Positions 21,125 through 32,899 of a DNA stretch of 64,000 nt are shown here, piece by piece. The stretch is taken from contig CAVTPX010000005.1 in the NCBI GenBank assembly GCA_963736735.1, positions 159,932 to 223,931 of the forward strand, in the 5' to 3' direction. Position numbers and translations under genes: made by a program. Within the stretch, counting starts at the first letter, position 1. Each line of letters opens with the position of its first letter. The stretch comes from an uncultured Bacteroidales bacterium. Its GTDB lineage: Bacteria > Bacteroidota > Bacteroidia > Bacteroidales > VadinHA17. The notes beneath the pieces were generated by a model. That model worked only from the letters and a program-made list of their open reading frames with translations. It was not told the origin of the DNA and ran no database searches.

Positions 21125-24100
21125 ATGAAACCTGACTTATTTATTAAGATGCGTTTACTGATCTGTTTGTTCCTGTTTACCCTGGTACCGCTATCGGTAT
21201 TCGGGCAAACCAGAACTATCACAGGTACAGTGGTTGATGAGAGTGGCGAAACTCTCCCGGGCGTGACAATAGTTATAGAAGGAACTACCAGGGGAGTTAC
21301 CACCGATTTTGACGGTAAGTTCAGTATTGCCGCCACACCGCAAGAGGTTCTTGTCATTTCCTTCGTGGGTATGACAACGGCTAATATTACGGTGGGATCC
21401 CAGACTGTAATTAACGTAATCCTTAAAGCTGCAGTCTCTGAGATTGAGTCTGTTGTTGTAGTTGGATACGGTGTACAGAAAAAAGAAACTGTTGTCGGTG
21501 CCGTTTCACAGGTCTCCGGCGAAAAGATCCGCACCATGAAGATGGGTGGCGCCATTGAGAATAACCTGCAGGGAATGTTGCCCGGCATGGTGGTTCTTAT
21601 GCAGGATGCCACCCCGGGTGAAGAATCCAGATCAATCACAATGCAGATCAGGGCAGGAGCTTCAATGGGCAATAACACTCCCCTCATTCTTGTTGACGGT
21701 GTGGAAAGATCTTTTTCAAATATTGATCCAAATGAAATTGCATCCATCTCTATACTCAAGGATGCTTCGGCAACTGCCGTTTACGGTGTAAAGGGTGCCA
21801 ACGGTGTTGTCATTGTAAATACCAAGAGAGGCAGGGAAGGCGCCCTCGAACTTGAATTCTCGTCAGAGACTATGCTGAAAGCGGCAACACGGCTCCCTGA
21901 GTATATGAACTCATATGAGACCATGCTACTCAGGAATGAGGCCTACAGCAATGACGGTAAATGGACAAGCCTTATAGGTAATGATGCTCTCGAGCACTAT
22001 CGTACAGGGGATTCTCCATATCTCTATCCGGACTTCGACTGGATGGATTTTTATTTTAAACCGGCAGTTGACCAGAACTACAACCTGAATGCCCGCGGCG
22101 GTAATAAGTTCGTACAGTATTTTGTATCTGTAGGCTATCTGTCGGAAGGTGATATTTTTGATGTAGGCTCCCTCTTTCCCTATTCATACGAAAAACATGA
22201 TGCCTCATACTGGCATAAGAGGTACAATTTCAGGAACAACCTCGACTTTAACCTGACCAAGTCGACAAAACTTTCAATCAACCTGGCGGGAAACCTTAAG
22301 GTCTGGAATAAACCTACTGACGACTATACTCAGGAACAGTGGTTTGAAGCTGTGACCTCGATGCCGTTTTACCCGGAAGAGGCAGTACAGCAGTTCCCGG
22401 ATGACAGGATCCCTTATGATCAGACAGGGATAAGATATTTTGAGAATCCGCAGCAGGGTGAAGTAAGGATGCACTGGCTTGGCGCCCGCGGCTTCCGCCG
22501 CAATAAAAGCAACGGAGTCTCCACTGATGTAAATCTTGAACAGAAGCTCGATTTTATAACCGAAGGCTTATCTGCATCGGCCTACTACTCATTTAATACA
22601 GATATTGCTCACAGCCAGAATTTTAATCTGGATTATATGTTCGGGTACTATCTTAATCCTGCCGATTCCACCTGGTCAAGATACACAAACAACCAGGTAC
22701 TGGACCTGGATACACCCCAGCCAAAGCTTAATGTAAACAACTCCGAAAGCCTGTCAAGTGCCTCAAGAAGCACATATTACAAGGGCCAGTTGAACTATGT
22801 CCGCAGCTTCGGTAAACATAATGTTACAGCAGTAGGTGTATTCAGTCGCAGACAGTCGCGCGGCATTTCAACCTTTCCCTCATATGAGGAGAACTGGGTG
22901 GCTCGTGCTACTTATAATTATGATGAGAGATATCTGTTTGAATCCAGTATCGCCTACACCGGGTCCGAAAAATTTGCTCCTGGTCTTCGTTTCGGAACAT
23001 TTCCTTCATTTGCTGCAGGGTGGCTTGCCTCAGAGGAAGACTTCTTTAAAAATGCACTTCCGTGGGTGAACTACTTTAAGACCCGTTTTTCATGGGGTAT
23101 GGTAGGTAGTGACGCCGGCATTGCAAGGTGGCTCTATATATCAGAGTATACAAACGGTGGACGGGACATCCGGTTTCGGATATCCGATGACAATGTATCC
23201 CAATATCAGTGAAGGAACAATTCCGGTGACTGATGCCACCTGGGAGACAGCAAGAAAATCAGACCTCGGGTTTGAAATGGGGTTCTTCAATAATCAGATA
23301 ACCCTGAATATTGACCTGTACGATGAGCACCGTACAAATATTCTTCAGGCCAGAAGGTCAGTCCCTTCGTGGGTTGGCGTAAGCTCCATCCAGGGAAACA
23401 GTGGTGAAACAAAGGCCCACGGTATTGAGCTGGAACTTGGTCTTAACCATACATTTAACAAACTCACCCTGCAGCTTCATGGCACACTTGCCGCCAATGA
23501 GAGCCGGGTTGTTTCATATGATGAACCGGATGCTAAACCGGAACACCTCTCTGTTGAGGGCAAGCCTGTAGGTGTTGCCCAGCGTATGTACTGCTCAGGG
23601 ATACTTGATGATGGCTTTTATCAGAGTTTTGATGAACTGTTTATGTATCCGCGTGCGGCAGGTGTTGCTCCTATACTGGGCGACTTTAAATACCTGGACT
23701 ATAATGGTGACGGAACTGTTAACGCCTCCGACAAGATAGTGGCGGCCAATCCGTATGCACCTGCTGTTACCTGGGGACTGAACCTTGCAGCTTTATACAA
23801 AAAGTGGACTGCCAGGGTTGACTTCTACGGTATCAGTTCAACTTCCTACCCGATGAGACAGGGTGGTATGTTCTTCCTTTATCCGTTCTCCCAGAACAAG
23901 GATAACGCCTATACTTCACACGCCGACCACTGGACACCTGAAAACAGGGATGCAACATGGCCGGCAGTACATGCAGTAGCAACCGATCAGTACAACTACC
24001 AGGCAAACTCATTTGCAATCGTAGACGGCAAATATACAAGGCTGAAGAATGTTGCCCTGTCATACAGAATGGACGCTCCGGTCCTCGGCAGAATAGGTGT

Positions 24101-24257
24101 AAAACAGGTTGACCTGACTTTTACAGGTACCAACCTTCTGACCTGGACTCCCGGATTCAGACTCGGCGGTGACCCTGAAGGATTCAACTCAGGTGTTGAC
24201 TTTGGCGCATATCCGATGATGAAACGTTTCACATTCGAGGTAAGGCTATTGTTCTAA
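21125..24257 (+). pseudogene. SusC/RagA-family TonB-dependent transporter 1, one +1 frameshift near 23160 (or a sequence error)
   Basis: Fragments 21125..23212 (frame 2) and 23109..24257 (frame 3) are collinear. The N-terminus is TITGTVVDESGETLPGVTIVIEGTTRGVTTDFDGKFSI (CarboxypepD_reg) followed by VVVGYGVQKKETVVGAVSQV (the SusC plug entry). The C-terminus ends in a barrel strand, ...FTFEVRLLF. Confidence 0.85.
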
Positions 24258-24276
24258 ACAGGTAAAAACTACGAAA

Positions 24277-26031
24277 ATGAAAAAGATAATATTATTTTTT
24301 CTTCCGATAGCCCTCCTGTTCCAGGGATGTGAAGAATATCTTGATAAAGTACAGGAGTCGTCCGGAATGGATGAAACCCAGGTATTTACAGACTATAATA
24401 ACTTCCGCAGGTTTGAAGACAGGATGTACAAGGACATGCATGACTACCTGGCCGACTATGACTACGGCATGATAGCTGCAATTTGCGATGAAGGTTATAC
24501 CGAATCAGCCCAGTGGGAAACAATGGGGATTGTACAGTCAGGTGACTGGATTCGTGCCTACAGCACTGCCCAGGCTCTTCAGTTCAGCGCTATATGGACC
24601 GCATGGCAGAGCATCAGGATAGCAAATATTTCACTTCAGAAGTTACCGATGCTTGAAGGAAATGCTACTCAGACACAGATTAATGAGCTTGAGGGGCAGG
24701 CACGGTTTATGCGTGCCTGGTACTATTATGAGTTTCTGAAAAGACAGGGAGGCATGCCTTATCTTACTGAGCCTCTTGGAGGTTCAGACAACTATGCATT
24801 ACCCAGGCTTTCTTTCCATGAAACAGCACTTAAAATAGCTGAAGACTGTGACGCTGCAGCCGATCTGCTACCTGCAAAATGGGATATGGCCAATATCGGA
24901 AGACCTACTAAAGGCGCTGCAATGGCGGTGAAGGCATCTGCTTTGCTCTTCTCTGCAAGCCCCTCAAATAATCCCGGGAATGATCAGGCCAAATGGCAGG
25001 TTGCCGCACAGGCTTCATGGGATATAATTGCATTTGCCCAGTCAACTGGAACATACAAACTGATGCAGTCAAACGGGACAGACCAGATTACATATACCGG
25101 CCCCGGAGGTGTAAAGACAATAACCTATCCGAGTGGGTTTGACAGCATTTTCATGTATACACCCTATAATGATGAGATTATCTGGGAGTTTTATGAAAGG
25201 ATGAATTCCGGAGGTCAGTACAGCACCTTTACAATTGCCAGTCTGGCAGAAGGCGGAATTATCCAGGGTTACAGCCCTTCACAGAATATTGTCGACCTGT
25301 TTGAAACAAAGAACGGTCTCGCAATAGATGATGATCCTGCCTATGATCCTCAGAATCCTTATGTTGACAGGGACCCCAGGTTCTACCACAGTATTCTTTT
25401 TAACCGTGAACGCTGGACCAGCGGAACAAACCTGTACCTCGAGCTCTATAACGGAGGTCGTGACAGAGCCAGCGGAGACCTGAAGCACTATTCATATACA
25501 GGTTACCTGGCACGGAAATTCTGGGGCAAAAACGTTGACCTCTGGTCAGGTTCCGGAGCTCCTTTTACACATACAATATATTTCCGGTATGCTGACATCC
25601 TGTTACAATATGCTGAAGCCGCCAATGAACTCGGAGGACCCGGTTACACTCTTCCCGGAGCCACAATGAGCGCAGTACAGGCACTGAACCTCGTCAGGGC
25701 ACGTGTAAATATGCCTGGGGTTAGTTCGACATATCTTGCAAGCAAGGAAGCTTTCAGAGAGAGAATAAAGAGTGAGAGAGCAGTAGAGCTATACCTTGAG
25801 GGAAAGCGTTTCTTCGACCTTTCCCGCTGGGGCGATGCTCACAAGCAGGAACATAAGGAAATTTACGGCGTAAACTTCGTTGATGACGCCAGCAAACCGA
25901 CAGGGTATACAATCTCACGCACTCCTGGTCCGATCTACACTCTCGTATTTGATCAGAAACATTATAAGTGGCCCATACCCCTTAATGATGCAATGATGTT
26001 CAAGGAGTTCACACAGAACCCGGGATGGTAG
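24277..26031 (+). CDS. SusD/RagB-family lipoprotein 1
   Basis: 584 aa with a lipoprotein signal (LLFQGCEEYLD). The RAWYYYEFLKRQGGMPY region, ERAVELYLEGKRFFDLSRW and the C-terminal FTQNPGW are canonical SusD-like features. Confidence 0.9.
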   Translation: MKKIILFFLPIALLFQGCEEYLDKVQESSGMDETQVFTDYNNFRRFEDRMYKDMHDYLADYDYGMIAAICDEGYTESAQWETMGIVQSGDWIRAYSTAQALQFSAIWTAWQSIRIANISLQKLPMLEGNATQTQINELEGQARFMRAWYYYEFLKRQGGMPYLTEPLGGSDNYALPRLSFHETALKIAEDCDAAADLLPAKWDMANIGRPTKGAAMAVKASALLFSASPSNNPGNDQAKWQVAAQASWDIIAFAQSTGTYKLMQSNGTDQITYTGPGGVKTITYPSGFDSIFMYTPYNDEIIWEFYERMNSGGQYSTFTIASLAEGGIIQGYSPSQNIVDLFETKNGLAIDDDPAYDPQNPYVDRDPRFYHSILFNRERWTSGTNLYLELYNGGRDRASGDLKHYSYTGYLARKFWGKNVDLWSGSGAPFTHTIYFRYADILLQYAEAANELGGPGYTLPGATMSAVQALNLVRARVNMPGVSSTYLASKEAFRERIKSERAVELYLEGKRFFDLSRWGDAHKQEHKEIYGVNFVDDASKPTGYTISRTPGPIYTLVFDQKHYKWPIPLNDAMMFKEFTQNPGW

Positions 26032-26061
26032 TAATCAAAATCTGGTTCAATTCTCAGAAAG

Positions 26062-29000
26062 ATGAAAAATATGAAAAATAAAATATTCAGAACTGTGTTG
26101 ATGTTTTGTGCCCTGTTCAGCATTTTTGCAAGCAGCACAGCCTATCCCCAGGAAAGGCAGATATCAACAGTAACAGGTCAGTGGCCAGGTGATTACTGAC
26201 GATGCACAACCTGTGCAGGGAGTTTTAGTGAAGGCATTTAATACAAACAAAGTTGCCTTTACGGATCTTCAGGGTAACTTCTCTGTTGAAGTCTCTACAG
26301 GTCTGACTGACAGGCTTTCAATCAGCCATGACGGTTTTCTTCAAAAGATTGTTACGGTCGAACCGGGCAATGCTGAGTTGGGAACGGTTGCCCTTGAAAG
26401 AAAGATTTCATTCAGCGGTTCTAACATCGAACAGTTGCCATACAGGTCACTCACAAGCGACCGTAACGTATCGGCTGTTTCAACAATTACCGGTGAAGAA
26501 CTTACTTCATATCCGTCAACAACTTTACTCGACGCGCTCGCCGGCAGGATACCCGGACTTGTAATACAGCCCAATTCGACGATGCCCGGTCAGGAATCAT
26601 TTACTGCATACCTGAGAGGCTCGGTAGCAAACATCTACATTGATGGCGTTATGAGAGACATTACAGGCCTGTCAGCCGCCGAGGTCGATGAAGTACAGGT
26701 TATAAAAGATCTGTCAGGAAGGGCTATGCTCGGGCTTTCAGGGTCAGGCCCTGTCATCTGGATTACAACCAGGAAGGGAACCGGCTATGACAGGGATATA
26801 AGTGTCTCGGCAGAATACGGTTTAAGTTCACCAACATCACTTCCGAAATACCTTGATTCGTATAATTATGCCACCTTGCTTAACGAGGCGCTGGATAACG
26901 ACGGTCAGGCTCCCAGGTACACTCAGGCTGATCTTGACGCATATAGCAGTAATTCAAACCCCGTTCGCTACCCGAATGTGGATTATTACGGACAATATGT
27001 AAAACAAAACGCTCCTTTCCGTAAAGCCAATATCAACTTTGCCGGAGGAGACAACAGGGTAACCTACTTCTCAATGTTTGATTACGTAGGAAACAGCGGA
27101 CTGGAAACAGTTGGCGAGAAAATTAAAAATGACAGATACAAACTGAGAGGGAATGTTGCAATCAGACTCAATGACTTCATGAGAATGAGTGTCAATATTT
27201 CGGCTTCGATGAACAAACAGCGCTTCCCGAATGCAGGCAGCGGCGCTGGTGTCTACAATATGTTCAATATCCTGTCGACATATCCGTCAAATGCCCATCC
27301 GGTATCATTTAATGACCTGCTTATCAGAAGCGATAACTACCCTGTAAACCTGGATAATGAACTTATGTATTCCGGCTTTGCCGAAGGCACAATACTGAAT
27401 GCGCAGAACAATGCCAAACTGTTCATTGATCTGGGAGGCGTCATAAAAGGACTATCGATGATAGGATCTGCCTCATTCGATGTCTCTGACGAACTTATTA
27501 ACAACAAGGGCGGTACAGCTGCACTTTACCGTCTCGAGCGCACATCTCTGGGAGCTGATACGGCCGTGAGAGTAGTGGAGGCACAGAATGTTACCTCAAT
27601 GTCACTCGGGTCCTTCGATATACTGAGAAGAACAGCAGGATATGTGGGAATGAATTACGACCGTGAATTCGGAAAAAGTTCACTCACCGCCGATGCAACA
27701 TTCTACATTGCACTGGAGGAGTTGAGAGCTACAGGTGCCGGTTATCAGCCTTCCAAGGTTGAGGATCTCTCCTTCAGGGCCAATTACTCATATGACAAGA
27801 GGTATGTCGCCCAGCTTGATCTGGCATATTCTGGCAGTAACAGAATGCCGGCCGGAGAAAGATTCTCCCTCTATCCCACACTCGGTCTTGGATGGATTGT
27901 AAGCAATGAGTCCTTCCTGAAAGGCAATTCGCTGATTGATTACCTGAAAGTTTTCACCTCGGCCGGTATAATGGGAGTTAATGACTATTATCTCGCAGGT
28001 TATAATCCCTTCTACCTTCAGGAAACACTCTGGACTTTAAATGGCGGATGGGCTCCGGGAATTGCAGGTAACGGTGGCGAATGGGTCGATACTTACGTAT
28101 TGCTCCAGACCGGTACTGACAATTTTGTGCTGCCGAAGAAACGCTACTTCAACCTTGGCACCCAGGCAACCCTTCTCGATAAATCACTTGCTGTGGAAAT
28201 CAACTACTTCAATGAGAAGAATTATGACAAGATTTCCAACATGGGTGCAACCACTCCTTCTATTATAGGAAGCCCGCAGGCATTACCCGCAGTCAATTTC
28301 GGTGAAGATGTACGCTGGGGACTTGACGCTTCAGTTCAGTTAAGCAAAAGCGCAGGAGAATTCAGGTATGGTCTTGGTGTCAATGCAATGTACATGAGGG
28401 CAAAGTACCTTGTGGTTGATGAGCCTTCAGCCCTTGAGGATTACAAAAAACTTGCAGGCACTGATATGGATGCCTTCTGGCTATATGAAGCCGAAGGACT
28501 CTTCCAGGATGCAGGCGAGATAACTTCAAGGAATATAGATCAAAGCTGGGGCGCCCTTCAACCGGGGGATATCAGGTATGCAGATATTAACAATGACAAT
28601 GTTATTGATGAAAACGATATTCATGCAACTGACTTCCATTCACCCAGATTATTCTACGGTGTCAATCTGTCGGCCGGATACAGGGGGGTAAACCTTTATG
28701 TCCTCGGACAGGGCGTTGCAGACGGAAGCACGATGCTTGCATCTGACCGCTACTTCAGGGTCAACGGTTCAACCCAGAACTACTCCGAACTTATGCTTGA
28801 CCGATTCCCGGTTACAAATAATTATCCGAGACTCACCACCGTTTCACAGAATAACACACAGTATTCTACTTTCTGGGTCGCCGGTGCAGCTTTCTTCAGG
28901 CTGAAGAATGTCGAGCTGAGTTACACATTCCCGGAAACTGCCTCTCAGAAACTGGCGATGACCAATCTGAGGGTATTTGCCAGAGGAACAAACCTGGCTG

Positions 29001-29110
29001 TATTTTCCGGTCTGAAAAAATACAGTGTGGATCCTGAGAATATAACTGCAGGTATTAACGGCTATCCCCTTTTCAGGACAGTCACTGCGGGAGTTTCCTG
29101 TAAATTCTAA
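26062..29110 (+). pseudogene. SusC/RagA-family TonB-dependent transporter 2, +1 frameshift near 26185 (or a sequence error)
   Basis: The signal peptide MKNMKNKIFRTVLMFCALFSIFASSTAYPQERQISTVTGQ is encoded from 26062 in frame 1 and stops at 26197-26199. The protein continues in frame 2 (ORF 26189..29110) with VITDDAQPVQGVLVKAFNTNKVAFTDLQGNFSV, then a plug and a barrel ending ...TAGVSCKF. Confidence 0.8.
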
Positions 29111-29127
29111 TGTTAAAAAGCGAAACT

Positions 29128-31296
29128 ATGAAACGATTTATAGTATTTTTCATAACAGCAGTTCTGACGGTCTCCTGCGAATTTCTTGATCCCAGGCCTA
29201 TAATGGATCTCACTACTGATGAGCTCCTCAGCAACGCCCAGTATGGTGAAGGATTACTTACAGGAGCCTATATGAACCTTAATACAGATTACATCGATTA
29301 TCTGGATTATTATACAGACAATGCCGTTCCTTCGGTACCCGGGGGCAACAGCATAGCTCTTGGCAACTGGACAGTTCAGAACAACCCGATTGGTGAATGG
29401 AACAGGTGGTATGAAAGCATCGGGTACCTCAATATGTATCTGAGGGATTGCAAGGACCTGCTTTTCAGTGTTTCTGACCCTGGTCTCAATAATATCCTTC
29501 AGAAAAACAGGAGAGGTGAAGCTTTTTTCCTGAGGGCATATTATCAGTGGCTGCTTTTGCAGACCTACGGAGGATATCCTGATGGCGGTACCACCGCACT
29601 GGGATTCCCGATAGTAACCACGGTCCTTACCACTGGCGATGAGCTTGATCTTCCGCGTAACACCTATGAAGAGTGCGTTGCCCAGATTGCAAAAGACTGT
29701 GATTCCGCAATAGTGCTTCTTCCAAAATGGTACAACGGGACCAGTTCCTGGGATAACCTGAGCAATCGGGGCAGGGCTGATGCAATGTCAGCACATGCAC
29801 TGAAGGCAAGGGTGTATCTTTATGCTGCAAGTCCGGCATACAGTGAGTCCACCCCGGAGCTCTGGCAGCGTGCTGCACTGGTAGCCCGCGATGCAATGGT
29901 GTACTACGGCGGCAACAACCTTCATACCCTTGAAAGGATTGCAACTGACGGAGGAAGTCTTAATAACATCTTTATACAGCCATCTTATAACTCGAACGAC
30001 TGGGAATATGCATTCTACCCACCATCACTTTACGGTCGCGGTGAATGTAACCCTTCACAAAACCTTGTTGACGAGTTCCCAATGATGGACGGCTACCCGA
30101 CCAGTATAAGCCCACTTTTTAATCCGTCAAAGCCTTATGATAACCGTGACTCACGCCTTGGCAAGTTCATCTTCTATAACGGGATGACATACAACGGTAC
30201 TACGGTTAAGACATATACCGGAGGGACCGACGCCCCCGGAGGCCTGAGTATCCAGGGAACACGCACAGGTTACTACCTGAAAAAATGGCTTAATTCCAAT
30301 GTCAGACTGACACCGGGCAATGTCACCACAAGTGCCAGGTTTAAGGTTTTCCTTGGAAAAACGGAGCTCTACCTGAACTTTATCGAGGCAGCAAACGAGG
30401 CATACGGTCCGGATGATGCTTCACTGGGATTCTCTGCAAACGCTGTTCTTAAGCTGTTCAGAGACCGCGCGGGTATTGACTCAAATCCCACTACTTCAGG
30501 ATTGCAGGATCAGTACAGGCTTGACCAGGCCGCTGCAGGTAAAGATGCTTTCCGTGAACTGATACGGAGCACAAGACGAATTGAACTCAGTTTTGAGGGA
30601 TTCCGCTTCTGGGATATCAGACGATGGGACCTGCCTCTTGACCATACGGTAACTGGTGCAGATATCACAATACCAACGACGCCGCCAGTTCTTGATAACA
30701 CAAATATTGCCATGGGATCTACAGCCTCGACTGATTATGTGTCATCATGGGAAACACTGACTGCCATAAACGACGGGTTCACTCCTGCCAGCTCAACCGA
30801 TAATGACCACGGCAAATACGGGAACTGGAACAGCAGTAATACTGACAGGTACGTTCAGTATGATTTTCCGAACTACATCGCCCTGAACGGTACAAGCAAT
30901 GTCTACATTGTTAACCAGTCAGACGTATACTGGTTCACTGACGGTGGCGGACTCCTTTTGCCTGATGTAACTTTTGTGGAATACTGGAATATGACAGCCG
31001 GAGCCTGGCAAACAGTACCTTCACCCGTTGGAAACGGAGCAGCTGCTGATCAGTGGAATATCACAACCTTCCAGCCGGTTACGACCGACAAGATCAGGCT
31101 GCATACGAAAAGTAACACCGAGTCAACCGGAATTATCGAGTGGAAAGTGTGGGGCTACCCTGCCAATTCAGTTAGCTTTGACTTCCAGACAAAGAATGTA
31201 GAAACACATTCTTTCCAGGAATACATGAGATATATCCCTGTACCTTACAGCCAGACCCTGGTGATGAGTAATCTGAAACAAAACAGTGGATGGTAG
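29128..31296 (+). CDS. SusD/RagB-family lipoprotein 2 carrying an inserted discoidin-like module
   Basis: The likely start is the Met at 29128 (MKRFIVFFITAVLTVSCEF). The SusD hallmarks are AFFLRAYYQWLLLQTYGGYP, RRIELSFEGFRFWDIRRW and the C-terminal NLKQNSGW. About 168 aa (nt ~30667-31170) lie between the RFWDIRRW region and the terminal IPVPYSQ segment and have no counterpart in SusD-like 1. Confidence 0.85.
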   Translation: MKRFIVFFITAVLTVSCEFLDPRPIMDLTTDELLSNAQYGEGLLTGAYMNLNTDYIDYLDYYTDNAVPSVPGGNSIALGNWTVQNNPIGEWNRWYESIGYLNMYLRDCKDLLFSVSDPGLNNILQKNRRGEAFFLRAYYQWLLLQTYGGYPDGGTTALGFPIVTTVLTTGDELDLPRNTYEECVAQIAKDCDSAIVLLPKWYNGTSSWDNLSNRGRADAMSAHALKARVYLYAASPAYSESTPELWQRAALVARDAMVYYGGNNLHTLERIATDGGSLNNIFIQPSYNSNDWEYAFYPPSLYGRGECNPSQNLVDEFPMMDGYPTSISPLFNPSKPYDNRDSRLGKFIFYNGMTYNGTTVKTYTGGTDAPGGLSIQGTRTGYYLKKWLNSNVRLTPGNVTTSARFKVFLGKTELYLNFIEAANEAYGPDDASLGFSANAVLKLFRDRAGIDSNPTTSGLQDQYRLDQAAAGKDAFRELIRSTRRIELSFEGFRFWDIRRWDLPLDHTVTGADITIPTTPPVLDNTNIAMGSTASTDYVSSWETLTAINDGFTPASSTDNDHGKYGNWNSSNTDRYVQYDFPNYIALNGTSNVYIVNQSDVYWFTDGGGLLLPDVTFVEYWNMTAGAWQTVPSPVGNGAAADQWNITTFQPVTTDKIRLHTKSNTESTGIIEWKVWGYPANSVSFDFQTKNVETHSFQEYMRYIPVPYSQTLVMSNLKQNSGW

Positions 31297-31336
31297 AATG
31301 AGTTTACCAATAATGGGAAACGATAAAAAAGGAACT

Positions 31337-32698
31337 ATGAAAAAGATATTTATAATCATAACGCTGGCAGTCTTTCTGACAAGCTGCTACGACGAGTTCA
31401 GAAATGACTATCCATATACGACTGTTGCCTTTTCAACCGTCACCGGCGGACTCAATACCGCAGGTGAACTCGGGAGGACAGTTGTCAAGGACGAAGGCCT
31501 TAAACTTGACATTGGCGTCTATCTTGCCGGTGTGCTTGAAAATAAGGATGACAGATGGGTCAGGTATACAATTGATCCTGCCCTCCTGGCCGGTACTTCC
31601 TATACGCTCATGCCAACCAGCTACTACACGTTGAGCAATCCAAATACATTTGAGATTCCCGCTGGTGATTTTATTGGAAGAGTCACGGTTACCCTTGATT
31701 CAGCAGCGTTTCTTGCAGACAACAAATCTGCAAGTTATTCGTACGCAATTCCGATAAGATTGACTGAAACTTCCGCCGACTCCATACTTTCATCACAGAA
31801 TACCAAGATCGTTGTTATTAAATACATTAACCATTATGAAGGTTATTATGATAACACCGCATCATTTGTAAATTATGATGCAGGCGGCGGAGAGATGGGT
31901 TCAGACACAAAAGCCTCAGTGATCGATGCTAAAACGATCACTCTCGATTCTATCCTTGCAGACGGTGTAAACTACCTCGTGGGAGAGAACTACATGATTA
32001 AAATGGCTGTCAGACCTGATAAATCCGTATGGTTCAAGAAGCTTCCGAGCCCTCCGCAGGTGGCCAAGAATCTCGCACCCCAGGCTACCCTTGTTTCTAC
32101 ATCATATGTTTCCAGTTGGGAAAAACTCGAAGCAGTACGTGATGGATATGATCCGACAAGTTCAACGGACAAGAATGGCGCTGCATATGGTAACTGGAAT
32201 AGCTCAAATACCTGGAGATGGGTTCAGTACGACTTCCCCAGAGTTTGTAAAATCACTCAGTCTGACATCTACTGGTGGACTGACGGTGGAGGTATCCAGA
32301 TACCTGATGAAACATATGTCGAATACTGGAATGAAACAACCCAGGCATGGGCAACAGTACCTAATCCGGTTGGGAACGGAATTGTAATCAATCAGTACAA
32401 CATCACAACCTTCGACGAAGTTCTGACAACAAAGATCAGGGTTTGGATGATTGACCATGTCGAATCATGCGGTATCCTTGAATGGAAGGTGTGGGGTATC
32501 CCTGTACCGGTAACACCGGAACAGGCCATCATCGCTGATGTGGTTGCTGACGGTGCCAATACATTCGATCCTGCAACCAGCACTTTTACTCTGAACTATA
32601 AGGTGACTTATGAAAATGAAACTTATTATACAAAAGTCTCGTCGAAAATGATCTGGAGAAACAGGGTCAGAGACAAAGTCAACGAATGGAGAAGGTAG
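31337..32698 (+). CDS. Surface glycan-binding-protein-like lipoprotein (DUF1735/DUF4361-like) with an internal discoidin-like module
   Basis: The likely start is the Met at 31337 (MKKIFIIITLAVFLTSCYDEF). The N-terminal part resembles DUF1735 (YTLMPTSYYTLSNPNTFEIPAGDFIGRVTVTL). The module at nt ~32050-32510 is ~65-70% identical by eye to the insertion in the preceding SusD-like gene. The tail MIWRNRVRDKVNEWRR resembles DUF4361-type ends. Confidence 0.6.
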   Translation: MKKIFIIITLAVFLTSCYDEFRNDYPYTTVAFSTVTGGLNTAGELGRTVVKDEGLKLDIGVYLAGVLENKDDRWVRYTIDPALLAGTSYTLMPTSYYTLSNPNTFEIPAGDFIGRVTVTLDSAAFLADNKSASYSYAIPIRLTETSADSILSSQNTKIVVIKYINHYEGYYDNTASFVNYDAGGGEMGSDTKASVIDAKTITLDSILADGVNYLVGENYMIKMAVRPDKSVWFKKLPSPPQVAKNLAPQATLVSTSYVSSWEKLEAVRDGYDPTSSTDKNGAAYGNWNSSNTWRWVQYDFPRVCKITQSDIYWWTDGGGIQIPDETYVEYWNETTQAWATVPNPVGNGIVINQYNITTFDEVLTTKIRVWMIDHVESCGILEWKVWGIPVPVTPEQAIIADVVADGANTFDPATSTFTLNYKVTYENETYYTKVSSKMIWRNRVRDKVNEWRR

Positions 32699-32734
32699 TT
32701 TTACAGTTAGGTTTGTTTTGTAGATTATTGTGGA

Positions 32735-32762
32735 AGGCCGTATTTTTTACGGCCTTTTGCTT
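32735..32762 (+). terminator. Rho-independent terminator after the SGBP-like gene
   Basis: aggccgta-ttttt-tacggcct (8-bp stem) followed by tttgctttt. Confidence 0.6.
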
Positions 32763-32841
32763 TTCCCTGCAAAGGCCTTTATTTAAACACTATTTAACAT
32801 CTTCGGGCTAAAATAAAATTGCTTTTTATCCTGTTTCGGCC

Positions 32842-32849
32842 TATATTTA
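32842..32849 (+). promoter_or_regulatory. Putative Bacteroidota -7 box (TATATTTA) for the GH51 unit
   Basis: It is a near match to TAnnTTTG. It lies exactly 11 nt upstream of AAGTGTA of operator site D, the same spacing as at 62277/62296. Confidence 0.35.
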
Positions 32850-32859
32850 TTAAATTGAA

Positions 32860-32880
32860 TAAGTGTAAAATAAACACATA
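32860..32880. promoter_or_regulatory. Candidate operator site D upstream of GH51
   Basis: The sequence is gaaTAAGTGTaaaataaACACATA. It lies 20-40 nt upstream of the ATG at 32900. Confidence 0.5.
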
Positions 32881-32899
32881 ATATCAAACCGGAAATATC

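Noticed and set aside
20995-21759. 254-aa minus-strand ORF overlapping the SusC-1 promoter and N-terminus
   Set aside because: It lies antisense to a strongly supported SusC N-terminal region. Its composition is T/S/P/I-rich without motifs, and it crosses the AT-rich promoter region.
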